Shown here: in pieces, positions 18,423 through 28,769 of the stretch
How the letters are laid out: every line of letters starts with the position of its first letter
Numbering within the stretch: position 1 is the stretch's first letter
DNA from: Candidatus Wolfebacteria bacterium RIFOXYD12_FULL_48_21
Lineage (GTDB): Bacteria; Patescibacteriota; Minisyncoccia; UBA6257; UBA9933
NCBI GenBank assembly: GCA_001793945.1
Contig: MGIW01000004.1
Span: 26,843-90,842 of the forward strand
Reading direction: 5' to 3'
DNA length: 64,000 bases
The notes under the pieces: generated by a model
Database searches by the model: none
The model's input: only the letters and a program-made list of their open reading frames with translations
Told to the model about the DNA's origin: nothing
Program-made: the position numbers and the translations under genes

Positions 18423-19070
18423 CTATTTAGCCTTATGCATAAGCGCTATTACTTCGGAATCTTCGACCTGAGGGAAGGAATCATAGAATGAGCCGATTGC
18501 GCCCATATATTCAGGAGTTGAAAGACAAACGACTTCATCGACCAGTCCGCTGATCTCGGATAGGCTGTCGGGAGGTGCTATGGGGACTGCTACGATGATT
18601 TTTTTAGGGTTGCGATGCTTAAGTTCTGCTATGGCACATTTCATAGTCAAGCCGGTGGCAATGCCATCATCGACGATAATGGCAATTTTATCGGAAGTAT
18701 CGATGGGTTGGGCGCTTGGAAGATATGTTTCGCGCCGGCGCTTTGCCTCAGCGCGTTGTATATTGATCTCTGCTTGTAGCCATTGCTGGTTAACGGAGGC
18801 GAGAATGGTTGGATCGCCGATCAGGTGTCCATCCTCGGCGACGGCGCCAATGGCGTATTCCGGGGCGGTCGGGTGGCTGATCTTCCGCGGAATGATCAGG
18901 TCGAGTGGTAGGTGAAGCGCGCTTGCGATTTCGAATCCGGTAACCACACCACCCCGCGGAAGTGCATAGACGACCGCATTGGTGTCTATATAGGAAAGAA
19001 GCTTTTGGGAGAGTTGCCTCCCGGCATCCTCTCGGTCCTTGAAGCGAAGTTCTTGGGGATTTAAAGGCAT
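18423..19070 (-). CDS. Phosphoribosyltransferase family protein
   Basis: FKDREDAGRQL, ALPRGGV, IVDDGIATG, FYDSFPQVEDSEV. Confidence 0.92.
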   Translation of the reverse strand: MPLNPQELRFKDREDAGRQLSQKLLSYIDTNAVVYALPRGGVVTGFEIASALHLPLDLIIPRKISHPTAPEYAIGAVAEDGHLIGDPTILASVNQQWLQAEINIQRAEAKRRRETYLPSAQPIDTSDKIAIIVDDGIATGLTMKCAIAELKHRNPKKIIVAVPIAPPDSLSEISGLVDEVVCLSTPEYMGAIGSFYDSFPQVEDSEVIALMHKAK

Positions 19071-19083
19071 GGCGGGTGGTGGC

Positions 19084-19179
19084 TGTCATCCCCGATCCGC
19101 CGGATGGCGGACGAGAAATCTGCAGATCCCTCTCCGCTTGCCCTGCCTACCGGCAGGCAGGTGGCGGATCGGGATGACA
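19084..19179. repeat. TGTC-type palindromic repeat with nested mini-palindromes
   Basis: TGTCATCCC...GGGATGACA; TCCGCCGGATGGCGGA; CCTGCCTACCGGCAGGCAGG. Confidence 0.85.
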
Positions 19180-19262
19180 GAATAATAAATAATAGACTTA
19201 CTATAATAATACCACATCATATACTACATATTCCATGCGTATGATATACTAAAAGCATAATT

Positions 19263-20447
19263 ATGAAAAAATTCTTTCTAATCGGCATGGGCGGAATGGT
19301 GGTGAGCGCAGCGGCGTTTGGTTTGTCGCAAAGTAAAAATAATATATTAGTGCATCCAAGCGCAGTGAGTTCGAATGCATGGCAGGAAGAGGCTGTTATT
19401 TCTGAAGAAAAGCCGAGCATAAAAAGAATGGAAACGCCAAAGGTGGTGCGGGCCGTCTATTTGACCGCGCCGTCTGGTGGGCGCGAAGATAAGATACAGG
19501 CGATCATCAATATGAAAAAGGATGGCCTCAATGCCGTGGTCATAGACATAAAGGATTCATTCGGTGTGGTGGCATATGATTCACAGTTGGATACGGTCAA
19601 CCGGTATGAGCTGGAGAGAAAGTTCATTCCTGATCTTGCGGCGTTGGTGCAGCGGTTTCACGATGAAGGTATCTATGTAATAGCGCGTATCGCGGTGTTC
19701 CAAGACACGGCGCTTGCGGAGGCGCGGCCTGAACTGGCAGTGCATGACAGAAGCAAACTGAATGCGGCTGGTGGAGCGATGTCAAAAAAGACGCTTTGGC
19801 GCGATGGAAAGAACCTTGCATGGGTAGACCCGTCTTCGCGCGAAGTGGGGGAATATGTGGTCGCGCTTTCGAACGACGCCTTGAGTTACGGGTTTGACGA
19901 ACTGAATTACGATTACATCCGGTTTCCGTCAGACGGCAAGATATCAAGCATTGTATATTCCGTAACAAAACCAGACGCATCATATCCGGTACAGATAAGG
20001 GGATTCATGCAATATCTGCGCGAACAGTTGCATGACACCGTGCTATCGGTAGATCTATTCGGATTTACAATGGTAAAAAAGGAAGATATCGGCATCGGCC
20101 AGATCGTCGAAGATGCATACGCTTATTTCGACTTCGTAGCACCGATGGTCTACCCGTCGCATTACCCGAGCGGATTTATGGGATATAAAAATCCTGCGGC
20201 CTGGCCATACGAGATCATTGCGGATTCGATGCAAAAAGGACAGGCGCGATTGGATGCGTATCAAGCGACTGCATCAACAACGGCGAAGCTGCGACCATGG
20301 TTGCAGGACTTCGATCTCGGTGCCGACTACGATGCGGCGATGATCGGAAAACAGATACAGGCAACGGAAGATATGTTGGGTGAACAGTATGCAGGCTATA
20401 TGTTATGGAATCCATCGAGTAACTATACGATCGGTGGAGTGCAATAA
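19263..20447 (+). CDS. Putative glycoside hydrolase (DUF4015)
   Basis: NAVVIDIKD, IARIAVFQD, WVDP, GFDELNYDYIRFP, PMVYPSHY, RPWLQDF, LWNPSSNY; N-terminal anchor. Confidence 0.9.
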   Translation: MKKFFLIGMGGMVVSAAAFGLSQSKNNILVHPSAVSSNAWQEEAVISEEKPSIKRMETPKVVRAVYLTAPSGGREDKIQAIINMKKDGLNAVVIDIKDSFGVVAYDSQLDTVNRYELERKFIPDLAALVQRFHDEGIYVIARIAVFQDTALAEARPELAVHDRSKLNAAGGAMSKKTLWRDGKNLAWVDPSSREVGEYVVALSNDALSYGFDELNYDYIRFPSDGKISSIVYSVTKPDASYPVQIRGFMQYLREQLHDTVLSVDLFGFTMVKKEDIGIGQIVEDAYAYFDFVAPMVYPSHYPSGFMGYKNPAAWPYEIIADSMQKGQARLDAYQATASTTAKLRPWLQDFDLGADYDAAMIGKQIQATEDMLGEQYAGYMLWNPSSNYTIGGVQ

Positions 20448-20533
20448 AAAAGTTATCCCCATACATCGGTCAATGTAATGGTGGTATACTTATAGAAGCA
20501 ATTAATGTAACCGTAAGGTAAAAAACAATACCC

Positions 20534-23500
20534 ATGTCCCATAAAAAAGGTGTATCGTTGTTTAGTATAATCACGATGGTCGGATTAATAGCCGGTGGCG
20601 TCATTTTTGGCGTTACACCTGCGTACGCCGCAGACGGATCAGGGACAAACTCCGTCACACCGACAAGTACCGATGTTAGCTCGACCGGGAATACATTCGC
20701 ATTCACATTTACGGCCGCAGAATTGATGGACTCCGGTGGCATTTCCATTTCTGTGCCAGCTGGATGGTCTGCTCCGCAAGGGACGCCGGGGGTGGCGGGT
20801 TATGCAACGACGAATTCAACCGCAGGCGTAATAGGAACTGTCCTGGCGAATGCTGACGCCACGACGGATACTGGGGGGACATGGGCAGAAGATGATAACG
20901 ATGCGTGCAGTACATTTTCCACATCAGCGACAACAAAAATAGAGGGCGCTGCTTCTGTACAATGTATTAATGCGGGAGGCCAACCCGATGATACAGATTC
21001 CTTTGGCTTGCAATATGGATCTGGTCAGAATTGGTCCGGGTATACAAAAATCGGGGTATGGCTCCGTTCAACCGTTGCAATATCAGGGGCAATAAATTAT
21101 ATCCAGGTTGCATATGACAATACTACAGGGGCACTAGGGGATGGAGGGGCATTGGAAACATTTAGCGTGCAATCATTGGCCGCAAACACATGGACATACT
21201 TCACATTTAATCTTACGGCTACACGCACTGCAGTTCAGGAGATAGGTATTGTGTGTAAGGGGTCGGGCTGTGATAGCAATACAATTTTTGTTGATTATAT
21301 TTTGATCGGCCCGGGCTCCCCGTCATTTTCTGGGTCTGGTCCATGGACAATAGATGCAAATTTCTTGGCCATGCCATCTGCCGGAACGACGACGATTACC
21401 TATGGCAGTGGAGGTGGTACGAGTGGTGTTACGGCACCGAGCACCGCAGGTGATTATACATTTACGACCCAGTCCCGTTTTGATGGCGGGGGAACGCTGA
21501 CCAATATTGCGTCATCGCCGGTCATACAGGTGCGCAACCCGGCTCCGACCATCGCAACAGTGTCGCCGACATCGACAACATATGGCGCAACACCAACACT
21601 GACGATAGCCGGTACAGGATACAATGCGAACACGACAGTAACATTCAATGGTGCGAGTAAGACACCGGCCGTTGCATCATCGACACAACTTTCGATCACA
21701 CTAAACGGAACAGATACTGCAACGGTCGGAACGACGACGATTGTAGTAACCAATCCAACGCCAGGAGGAGGGTCAGCAACCTCGACGGCTTTTGCGGTAG
21801 TCAAGGCAGATATCACAATCACATTGGGCTCATCTCTAAACCCATCTGCGTATGGTGATTTAGTAACCTTCACTGCAACTACGACCAGCGGCGTAGGAAC
21901 ACCAACCGGTGATGTCACATTCTTCGACGGCGCAACGCCGCTTGCGACCAGTACAATGACTGGCGGGGTTGCTACGCTTGCAACTTCTTCGTTAACTGTC
22001 GGTGCACACTCAATCACTGCCGTGTATAACGGCGACGCTAATTTCAATGCCAGCACCTCTGCCGCAGTAGCACAGACGGTCAATAAGGCAAACATCACCA
22101 TCACACTCGGTTCTTCACTGAACCCTTCAACCTACGGCGATTTAGTAACATTTACTGCGACCACAACCAGTGGAGTTGGAATGCCAAGCGGCACGGTCAC
22201 CTTTAAAGACGGAGGCGTTGCATTTGCAACAAGTACATTGACTGATGGGGTAGCGACGCTGGCAACAAGTACGCTTTCTATAGCAACGCATTCCATAACT
22301 GCAACATACAACGGCGACGAGATCTTCAATGCCAGCACCTCTGCCGCAGTAGCACAGACGGTCAACAAGGCAAATATCACAATCACGCTCGGCTCGTCAT
22401 TGAATCCATCTACCTACGGTGATTCCGTTACCTTCACCGCAACAACCACAAGTGGGGTGGGGACTCCAAGCGGAACCGTAACATTTAAAGACGGAGTTAC
22501 AAACTTAGCAACGAGCACATTGACTGGGGGAGTTGCAACATTTGCAACCGACGCATTAACTGTTGGTACGCACTCAATCACCGCTGTGTATAACGGTGAT
22601 ACCAACTTCAACGCAAGTACATCCGCCGCAGTTTCGCAGGTAGTGAATAATCCTACTCCGATAATTACGCTACTTTCCCCAAACACTATCGAGGAGGGAA
22701 GCGCTACGACTTCATTAACGATTAGTGGAAGTCAATTTGCGAGCGATGCAACAGTTACATTTGATGGAACACTCCTAATAATAGATACGCAGTCATCGAC
22801 TACTATTGATACCACTATCCCGGCATCACTATTGACCGCATTTGGAACTTCGACAGTTGCGGTTATCAATGCGGCTCCGGGCGGAGGAACGGCGACATCT
22901 TCATTTATTATAACGCGCGGCGCGGTAAAATTTGCATTTAGCGGTGCTCCGTATAGCGGTACCGTAGACGCGTCGATTACGGTAACGATACAGGCACAGC
23001 GCGAAAACGGAACAGTGGTGACCAATTATCAAAACGATGTAACGCTCGATGTAGGCGGTTCTGCAACACCGGAAAGTGTGCTGGTCAACATTATCAATGG
23101 CGCGGGGACGACGACCATAGCAAACACGGTAGCGGAAACGGTAACGCTTTCACTAACAGATACGCAGGGAACGGGCTTGGATGTAACTGCGACAACATCG
23201 GCAACATTTGCACACGGTGCAATAACGCAATTCACGCTTGCGGGACCGGCAACGCTCAATGTGGGTGACCGCGCAGCATTTACAACGACGAGAAAGGATC
23301 AGTACGGCAATCCGGTGACCAGCGGCCCGGATACCACGGTATATTTCTATACGACATCGACTTCATCATCGGCAGTATTTTACGACGCCGCAATCGATGG
23401 AACCGTGATAACCTCAGCGATCATTGGATCGGGAGCAAGCACGACAATGGCATGGTATTACGATGAAGAGCCGGGCGTGTATACGATCACCGCATCGGAC

Positions 23501-26500
23501 AATGGAACGGCCCCCGACGGCAATACGGGCATTGACGATGCAACCAGTACGCTGACCGTGAACGCAGTAGCGACTCGCTTCGTGATCATCGATCCGACCG
23601 ATGGCACGGTAGATGCGTCGATCACGGTGGTGGTACAGGCACAGGATAACCTCGGCAGAATTATTACGGACTATCAGAACGATGTGACACTGATCGCGTC
23701 AAGTACGGGTGGACAAGTGAACGCAACCAGCACATTGATCAATATTGTGAATGGCTCCGGTACGACGACCATATCAAATACCATAGCGGAAACGGTATCC
23801 CTTTCGCTACTGGATTCGCAGGGTGCCGGATTGAATGTCGCATCATCAACGCAAGATGTGGTGTTTGCGCCGGGAGCGGTGGCGCAATTTTCACTGACGC
23901 ATAGCGGCGACATGGAGCAGAACACGCGCAAGGAATTTGTCGCGGGGCGAAAGGATCAATATGGAAACTTCGTAAGTGCAAGCACGACCCCTGCGTATGT
24001 GTATGCAAGTCCGACCAGTACGGCAAAGTTTTATGATGCCGATGCGGGTGGCAATGAGATTACCTCTATCGCATTTACGCCCGGTAACGCGACGACCAGT
24101 TTCTGGTTCTATAGCAACACGCCGGCAACAACGACTATAACGGTCTCAGATAATGCGACCGCACCGGACGGCGATACGGGTATCGATGATGCAACAAATG
24201 AAATCTTGGTGACGCCGACCGCGGTGCGGTTTGAGATCGTCGATCCGACCGACGGCACGGTAGACGCGGCAATCACGGTCACCGTTCGGGCATTGGATGA
24301 GTTCGGACAGGTAGTGCCGAGCTTTACCGAAGATGTAACGCTGCTGGTGACGGGGAGTGCGGTCGCCAATCCGGTATTGATTGATATTGAAAACGGAATA
24401 GGAACGACCCAAGTAAGCGATACGGTTGCGGAAACCGTAACATTGTCGTTGTCGGATACGCAAAGCACGGGCCTCGCGGCGACATCGACACAGAATGTGA
24501 TATTTGCGGTAGGTGTATTTGCAAAGTTGAATCTGAACAATGTGATCAATGCGACGGCCGGGGATCTGGTCGCTTACACGGTCACGCGTACCGATCAATA
24601 TAATAATCAGATAACCGGCGGCTCGATAACGGTAGCCCTTTCGGCAACCCCAACAACAACCCCGGGTACATTTTATAGTAGCAACTCGACTTCAAGTTCG
24701 GTGATCACATCGGTAGCGATCGATGCCGGAAATGCTTCGGCGCAATTCTGGTATTACAATGAAGTGGCAGGGTCGTATCAGGTTACCGCGCAAAGTGGCG
24801 CAGTGATCGGATATGATGATATCGTGATCGACCCGGCAGCAATCGCCAAGTTTACGATCAATGATCGCACCAGTATGAATCCGGCGAGTCGCGTGCAATA
24901 TACGGTGGTGCGCAAAGATCAATTCAATAACTTGGTAACCACGGGCAATACAACGGCGTATCTGTATGCCGATCCGGCTGGGACTGGTACCGCATTTTAT
25001 GATGCTGCGACGAACGGCAACGCAGTAACAAGCGTAACGATTGGCAGTGGCCAATCATCGCAAAGCGCATGGTATTATGAAGAGACCAGCGGCAATCACA
25101 CGATTACCGCTTCGGATAACGCGACCGCGCCGGATGGAGCGGCGGGTATTATTGATGCTACCGATGTGATCTCGGTGCAGACTGCAACCGGAACACGGTT
25201 TATGTTTGAGCCGGAACCGGATCCGCAAACATTAGCAGCGGGAGCGTCTTCATTGGTGACGATCCAGGTGCAGGATGACTTTGGAAATATTGATACGAAT
25301 TATCAGAATGATGTGACACTGGTCACGGGCGTGACATCGGTAAGCGGTACCGGATTGACTGATGGGCAGGCATTGATCAACATCGTCAACGGTGAAGGAA
25401 CTATCACGCTGACCGACACGGTCGCCGAGACCGTTAACTTGGCGCTGTCTGATACGCAGGGAACGGGGTTGGTTGTGACCGACACTGCGTCGATCACATG
25501 GACCGCCGGAGCGGTGTCGCAGTTCACAATCACCGATCAGACCAGTATAGTGGCGGGGACGAGTACGCCGTACACCGTAACAAGAAAGGATCAATATGGA
25601 AATGTGGTGACCTCGGGAAGCAACCTTGTGTACTTATATACCAATTCAACGGGCGCACAGGCCCGATTTCAGACAACGGAAACAGGAACGACCTCGATAT
25701 CATTTGTGACGCTTGCAAGCGGGTTTGCATCGACGACATTCTATTATTACGACGAAGAGGCGGGCACATGGGATATCACCGCATCAGATAATGCGACTGC
25801 TTCTGACGGAGCAACAGGGATTGACGATGCATCAGATTCACTGATCGTAACGGCGGCCCCGGTCGTGGCGGATCGGTATGTGATACTCGACCCGGCAGAT
25901 GCAGGGTTGAACGAGGTGACGGTCGTGATCGTTCAGGCACAAGATGCCGATGGCGGATTGGATACGACCATCCAGGAAGATATTTATTTGGTCTTTAGTA
26001 CATCATCGATACAGACCGCAGGACTTGTCGGCCAGCGCGTTCAAGTGAGTATGGTGGACGGTATTGGTACGGTATCAATCCAGGATACCGTAGCGGAAAC
26101 AGTGCAGCTTTCATTGGAGCGATTAGCTGGCTCAACCTCGACATTGGCGATCACATCAACGCAGGATGTGATGTTCTTCGTGCGACAAACATTTGGAGGT
26201 GGAGGTGCGGGCGGAGGCGTATATGTCGCTCCGACCGCGATATTTACGGGCCGGGCCTATCCGGGGGCGACTATTGTATTGTTTGCGCGCATAGGAGGAC
26301 AGGATATTCCGCTTGAGCGTAATATTGAGGTGCGGGCGGATGGTACATTTACCGTAGATTTTTCTGGCGAGTTGCGCGGGCTGGAATCGTTCGGGCTTGC
26401 CATCTTGGACAAGGACGGAAAGATTGCGCAGATCAAGACCTATACTATGGATAAGATAACGCGCGCGACCGAAGAGAAAAATCTGTACATCGCGCCGACT

Positions 26501-26944
26501 GCGGAATTAGTATCGCGCACGGTGACTATTGGTAATAATGTCGGACTCACGGGTTCTGCCGCGCCGGGGAGTGTGGTAAAGGCTGAAGTTGACGGACAGG
26601 CGGTTGACGCGCAGGCGACGGCAGGAAACAACGGCGCATATAGACTCTTGGTCAATACGCGAGATCTTTCCTATGGAGGACATATTATTCGAACCAAGCA
26701 GGTTGATAAAAATGGGGTTGAGAGTGATTGGTCCCCATTGAAAGTGTTTATGGTCACGCGCACATTGGTCACGCGGGCCGACTTGAACAATAACGGAGGT
26801 ATAGATATCGGCGATTGGAGTATCTTCCTTACGCGATTTGGATCGATCAATGCGGAAGAAAAACGGCAAGTAGATTTGAACGATGATGGCAAGGTCGACA
26901 TATCAGACTTTAGTATATTCATCCGGTCTGCAATCAACAGGTAA
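20534..26944 (+). CDS. Giant secreted Ig-like repeat adhesin with C-terminal dockerin
   Basis: Signal peptide ending AYA-A; IPT/TIG-like and Big_3-like repeats; Thr-rich; duplicated Ca-loop DLNNNGGIDIGD and DLNDDGKVDISD at the C-terminus. Confidence 0.9.
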   Translation: MSHKKGVSLFSIITMVGLIAGGVIFGVTPAYAADGSGTNSVTPTSTDVSSTGNTFAFTFTAAELMDSGGISISVPAGWSAPQGTPGVAGYATTNSTAGVIGTVLANADATTDTGGTWAEDDNDACSTFSTSATTKIEGAASVQCINAGGQPDDTDSFGLQYGSGQNWSGYTKIGVWLRSTVAISGAINYIQVAYDNTTGALGDGGALETFSVQSLAANTWTYFTFNLTATRTAVQEIGIVCKGSGCDSNTIFVDYILIGPGSPSFSGSGPWTIDANFLAMPSAGTTTITYGSGGGTSGVTAPSTAGDYTFTTQSRFDGGGTLTNIASSPVIQVRNPAPTIATVSPTSTTYGATPTLTIAGTGYNANTTVTFNGASKTPAVASSTQLSITLNGTDTATVGTTTIVVTNPTPGGGSATSTAFAVVKADITITLGSSLNPSAYGDLVTFTATTTSGVGTPTGDVTFFDGATPLATSTMTGGVATLATSSLTVGAHSITAVYNGDANFNASTSAAVAQTVNKANITITLGSSLNPSTYGDLVTFTATTTSGVGMPSGTVTFKDGGVAFATSTLTDGVATLATSTLSIATHSITATYNGDEIFNASTSAAVAQTVNKANITITLGSSLNPSTYGDSVTFTATTTSGVGTPSGTVTFKDGVTNLATSTLTGGVATFATDALTVGTHSITAVYNGDTNFNASTSAAVSQVVNNPTPIITLLSPNTIEEGSATTSLTISGSQFASDATVTFDGTLLIIDTQSSTTIDTTIPASLLTAFGTSTVAVINAAPGGGTATSSFIITRGAVKFAFSGAPYSGTVDASITVTIQAQRENGTVVTNYQNDVTLDVGGSATPESVLVNIINGAGTTTIANTVAETVTLSLTDTQGTGLDVTATTSATFAHGAITQFTLAGPATLNVGDRAAFTTTRKDQYGNPVTSGPDTTVYFYTTSTSSSAVFYDAAIDGTVITSAIIGSGASTTMAWYYDEEPGVYTITASDNGTAPDGNTGIDDATSTLTVNAVATRFVIIDPTDGTVDASITVVVQAQDNLGRIITDYQNDVTLIASSTGGQVNATSTLINIVNGSGTTTISNTIAETVSLSLLDSQGAGLNVASSTQDVVFAPGAVAQFSLTHSGDMEQNTRKEFVAGRKDQYGNFVSASTTPAYVYASPTSTAKFYDADAGGNEITSIAFTPGNATTSFWFYSNTPATTTITVSDNATAPDGDTGIDDATNEILVTPTAVRFEIVDPTDGTVDAAITVTVRALDEFGQVVPSFTEDVTLLVTGSAVANPVLIDIENGIGTTQVSDTVAETVTLSLSDTQSTGLAATSTQNVIFAVGVFAKLNLNNVINATAGDLVAYTVTRTDQYNNQITGGSITVALSATPTTTPGTFYSSNSTSSSVITSVAIDAGNASAQFWYYNEVAGSYQVTAQSGAVIGYDDIVIDPAAIAKFTINDRTSMNPASRVQYTVVRKDQFNNLVTTGNTTAYLYADPAGTGTAFYDAATNGNAVTSVTIGSGQSSQSAWYYEETSGNHTITASDNATAPDGAAGIIDATDVISVQTATGTRFMFEPEPDPQTLAAGASSLVTIQVQDDFGNIDTNYQNDVTLVTGVTSVSGTGLTDGQALINIVNGEGTITLTDTVAETVNLALSDTQGTGLVVTDTASITWTAGAVSQFTITDQTSIVAGTSTPYTVTRKDQYGNVVTSGSNLVYLYTNSTGAQARFQTTETGTTSISFVTLASGFASTTFYYYDEEAGTWDITASDNATASDGATGIDDASDSLIVTAAPVVADRYVILDPADAGLNEVTVVIVQAQDADGGLDTTIQEDIYLVFSTSSIQTAGLVGQRVQVSMVDGIGTVSIQDTVAETVQLSLERLAGSTSTLAITSTQDVMFFVRQTFGGGGAGGGVYVAPTAIFTGRAYPGATIVLFARIGGQDIPLERNIEVRADGTFTVDFSGELRGLESFGLAILDKDGKIAQIKTYTMDKITRATEEKNLYIAPTAELVSRTVTIGNNVGLTGSAAPGSVVKAEVDGQAVDAQATAGNNGAYRLLVNTRDLSYGGHIIRTKQVDKNGVESDWSPLKVFMVTRTLVTRADLNNNGGIDIGDWSIFLTRFGSINAEEKRQVDLNDDGKVDISDFSIFIRSAINR
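21803..22648 (+). repeat. Three tandem 282-bp (94-aa) Ig-like domain repeats
   Basis: KA(D/N)ITITLGSSLNPS starts at 21803, 22085, 22367. Confidence 0.92.
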
Positions 26945-27001
26945 TGCGTGTATATGCATTCCGTGGTATACTAAATAAAAGTAATTAACACGAATCGAGT
27001 C

Positions 27002-28717
27002 ATGAAATATAAACTTTCACTTTTTGTCGCGAGCGCTCTCTTCCTATTCGCCGTGACACACATCGCGTCAGCCGCAACATTGCAACTAACGACCAGTAAA
27101 GATACATTTGCAATCGGCAATCAATTCACGGTCGATGTGAAAACGGACAGCGAGGGGGTTGGTATCAATGCCGCGCAGGGAACGGTGCAAATATCCAAGG
27201 ATGTTTTGGAGATCGTAAGTGTCGACAAGACCGGTTCGGTATTTAATTTCTGGCTTACGGAGCCGACCTTTTCAAATGATTCCGGGCAAGTCAATTTCAT
27301 CGGCGGTTCAACGAGCGGCTTTTCGGGTCGATCGTTGCATATCGTAAAAATAACATATCGGGTCAAGGGAAGTGGCAAGACGGATATCGTGTTTACCGAT
27401 GGTGCCGTGACTGCGAGCGATGGTAGCGGTACAAATGTGTTGACCTCGATGAAGGGCCTCTCGATTACGAGCGTGCCCTCATCAGAGCTGGAAACGATCA
27501 CTCCCAAACCGACGCAAATTACGCGTCCGGCTTCGCGCGCGGAGCGTTTACCGGAGCGTCCGACCATTCAAGTGGCAGGATATCGGGACCCTGAGGCGTG
27601 GTACAATTTCGCGACTCGATTTTCCGCGTCATGGCAATTGACCGATGACATCACGGATGTGGCTACGGCAATAAACAGGGATCCGCTATTTTCTCCGACT
27701 ATTTCGGAGGGGCTGTTCGATAACAAGATCTTTTTGCCGATCAGCGAAGGGGTTTCTTATCTACATGTGCGTATGCGCAACGGCATCGGCTGGGGCCCTA
27801 CGCTGCATTACCGGTTGGCGATAGATCTTACTCCACCTCCGACTTTTCAGGCGCGTGTTCAGGAGGGAATAGAGACCGACAGCCCGACTCCAACAATCGA
27901 ATACTCGGCAAGTGATGGCTTGTCCGGGCTGAAGCGGTATTATATCCAGCAGAATGGAGGGACTGTGCGTACGATCGAAACAGGTCCATATAAGATGGAC
28001 CCGCAAAAACCAGGCAAACACCTCATTAAGATTGGTGCGGAAGACAACGCAGGAAATAGTGTAGAGAGCATTTTACATTTAGACATCTTGCCGATCGAGG
28101 CGCCGAAGATCACATCACTCACCGGGGATGTATTTGTTGGAGAGGGGCGACTCGATGTTATCGGGACTGCCTTGCCGGACATTGCATTACAGGTAGAGCT
28201 CAAGACAAAAGAAGGGCAGATTGAACAATCAAGCGAGATCAGGTCTGACACACATGGCAGCTGGGCGATCCGATTCGACAGACCATTAAAGAAAGGAGAT
28301 TATGTTATTGAAGTGACCGCGCGTGATGGCCGAGGGGCACTGAGCTACCCCGTCACATCGGGCATGATTAAAGTTCGTGCGAGGCCGGCACTGGTATTGG
28401 GAGGCCTGGAGCTGACCCAATTTTGGTTCTTCATCGTGCTGGTATTCGCATTGATCGGCGCATTTGTCGCGGGCTGGTTGTTTGTACGCTTCGAGCGGGA
28501 TCAGCGCGCACGCAAGATAGTTATTTGTCAGCGCGATATTACCAACATGCTCGCCATGGTAAAGCGGGACATCGATAGGATTCTCGAAAAATATGCCGAT
28601 GACAAGATAGACGAAGCCGAAGTTTCGGAAATAAAGCATATCGCGAAAAAGGCAAGTGAAAATATAGAAAAATCGGGCAAATATTGCGTGCAAAGTATAG
28701 GGGAGATCAATAAATGA
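27002..28717 (+). CDS. Cohesin-domain surface protein with Ig-like stalk, C-terminal TM anchor and cytoplasmic helical tail
   Basis: Signal peptide; GNQFTVDV..INAAQGTV....LEIVSVD..FNFW cohesin-like pattern; TM FWFFIVLVFALIGAFVAGWLFV. Confidence 0.82.
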   Translation: MKYKLSLFVASALFLFAVTHIASAATLQLTTSKDTFAIGNQFTVDVKTDSEGVGINAAQGTVQISKDVLEIVSVDKTGSVFNFWLTEPTFSNDSGQVNFIGGSTSGFSGRSLHIVKITYRVKGSGKTDIVFTDGAVTASDGSGTNVLTSMKGLSITSVPSSELETITPKPTQITRPASRAERLPERPTIQVAGYRDPEAWYNFATRFSASWQLTDDITDVATAINRDPLFSPTISEGLFDNKIFLPISEGVSYLHVRMRNGIGWGPTLHYRLAIDLTPPPTFQARVQEGIETDSPTPTIEYSASDGLSGLKRYYIQQNGGTVRTIETGPYKMDPQKPGKHLIKIGAEDNAGNSVESILHLDILPIEAPKITSLTGDVFVGEGRLDVIGTALPDIALQVELKTKEGQIEQSSEIRSDTHGSWAIRFDRPLKKGDYVIEVTARDGRGALSYPVTSGMIKVRARPALVLGGLELTQFWFFIVLVFALIGAFVAGWLFVRFERDQRARKIVICQRDITNMLAMVKRDIDRILEKYADDKIDEAEVSEIKHIAKKASENIEKSGKYCVQSIGEINK

Positions 28718-28769
28718 CCACGGTGAAAGAGTGCTTTACCAATGGAGATATATACGATATACTATAACC

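Noticed and set aside
20534-26944. Diversity-generating retroelement target in the adhesin
   Set aside because: No reverse transcriptase in the window and no template/variable repeat pair differing only at adenines.
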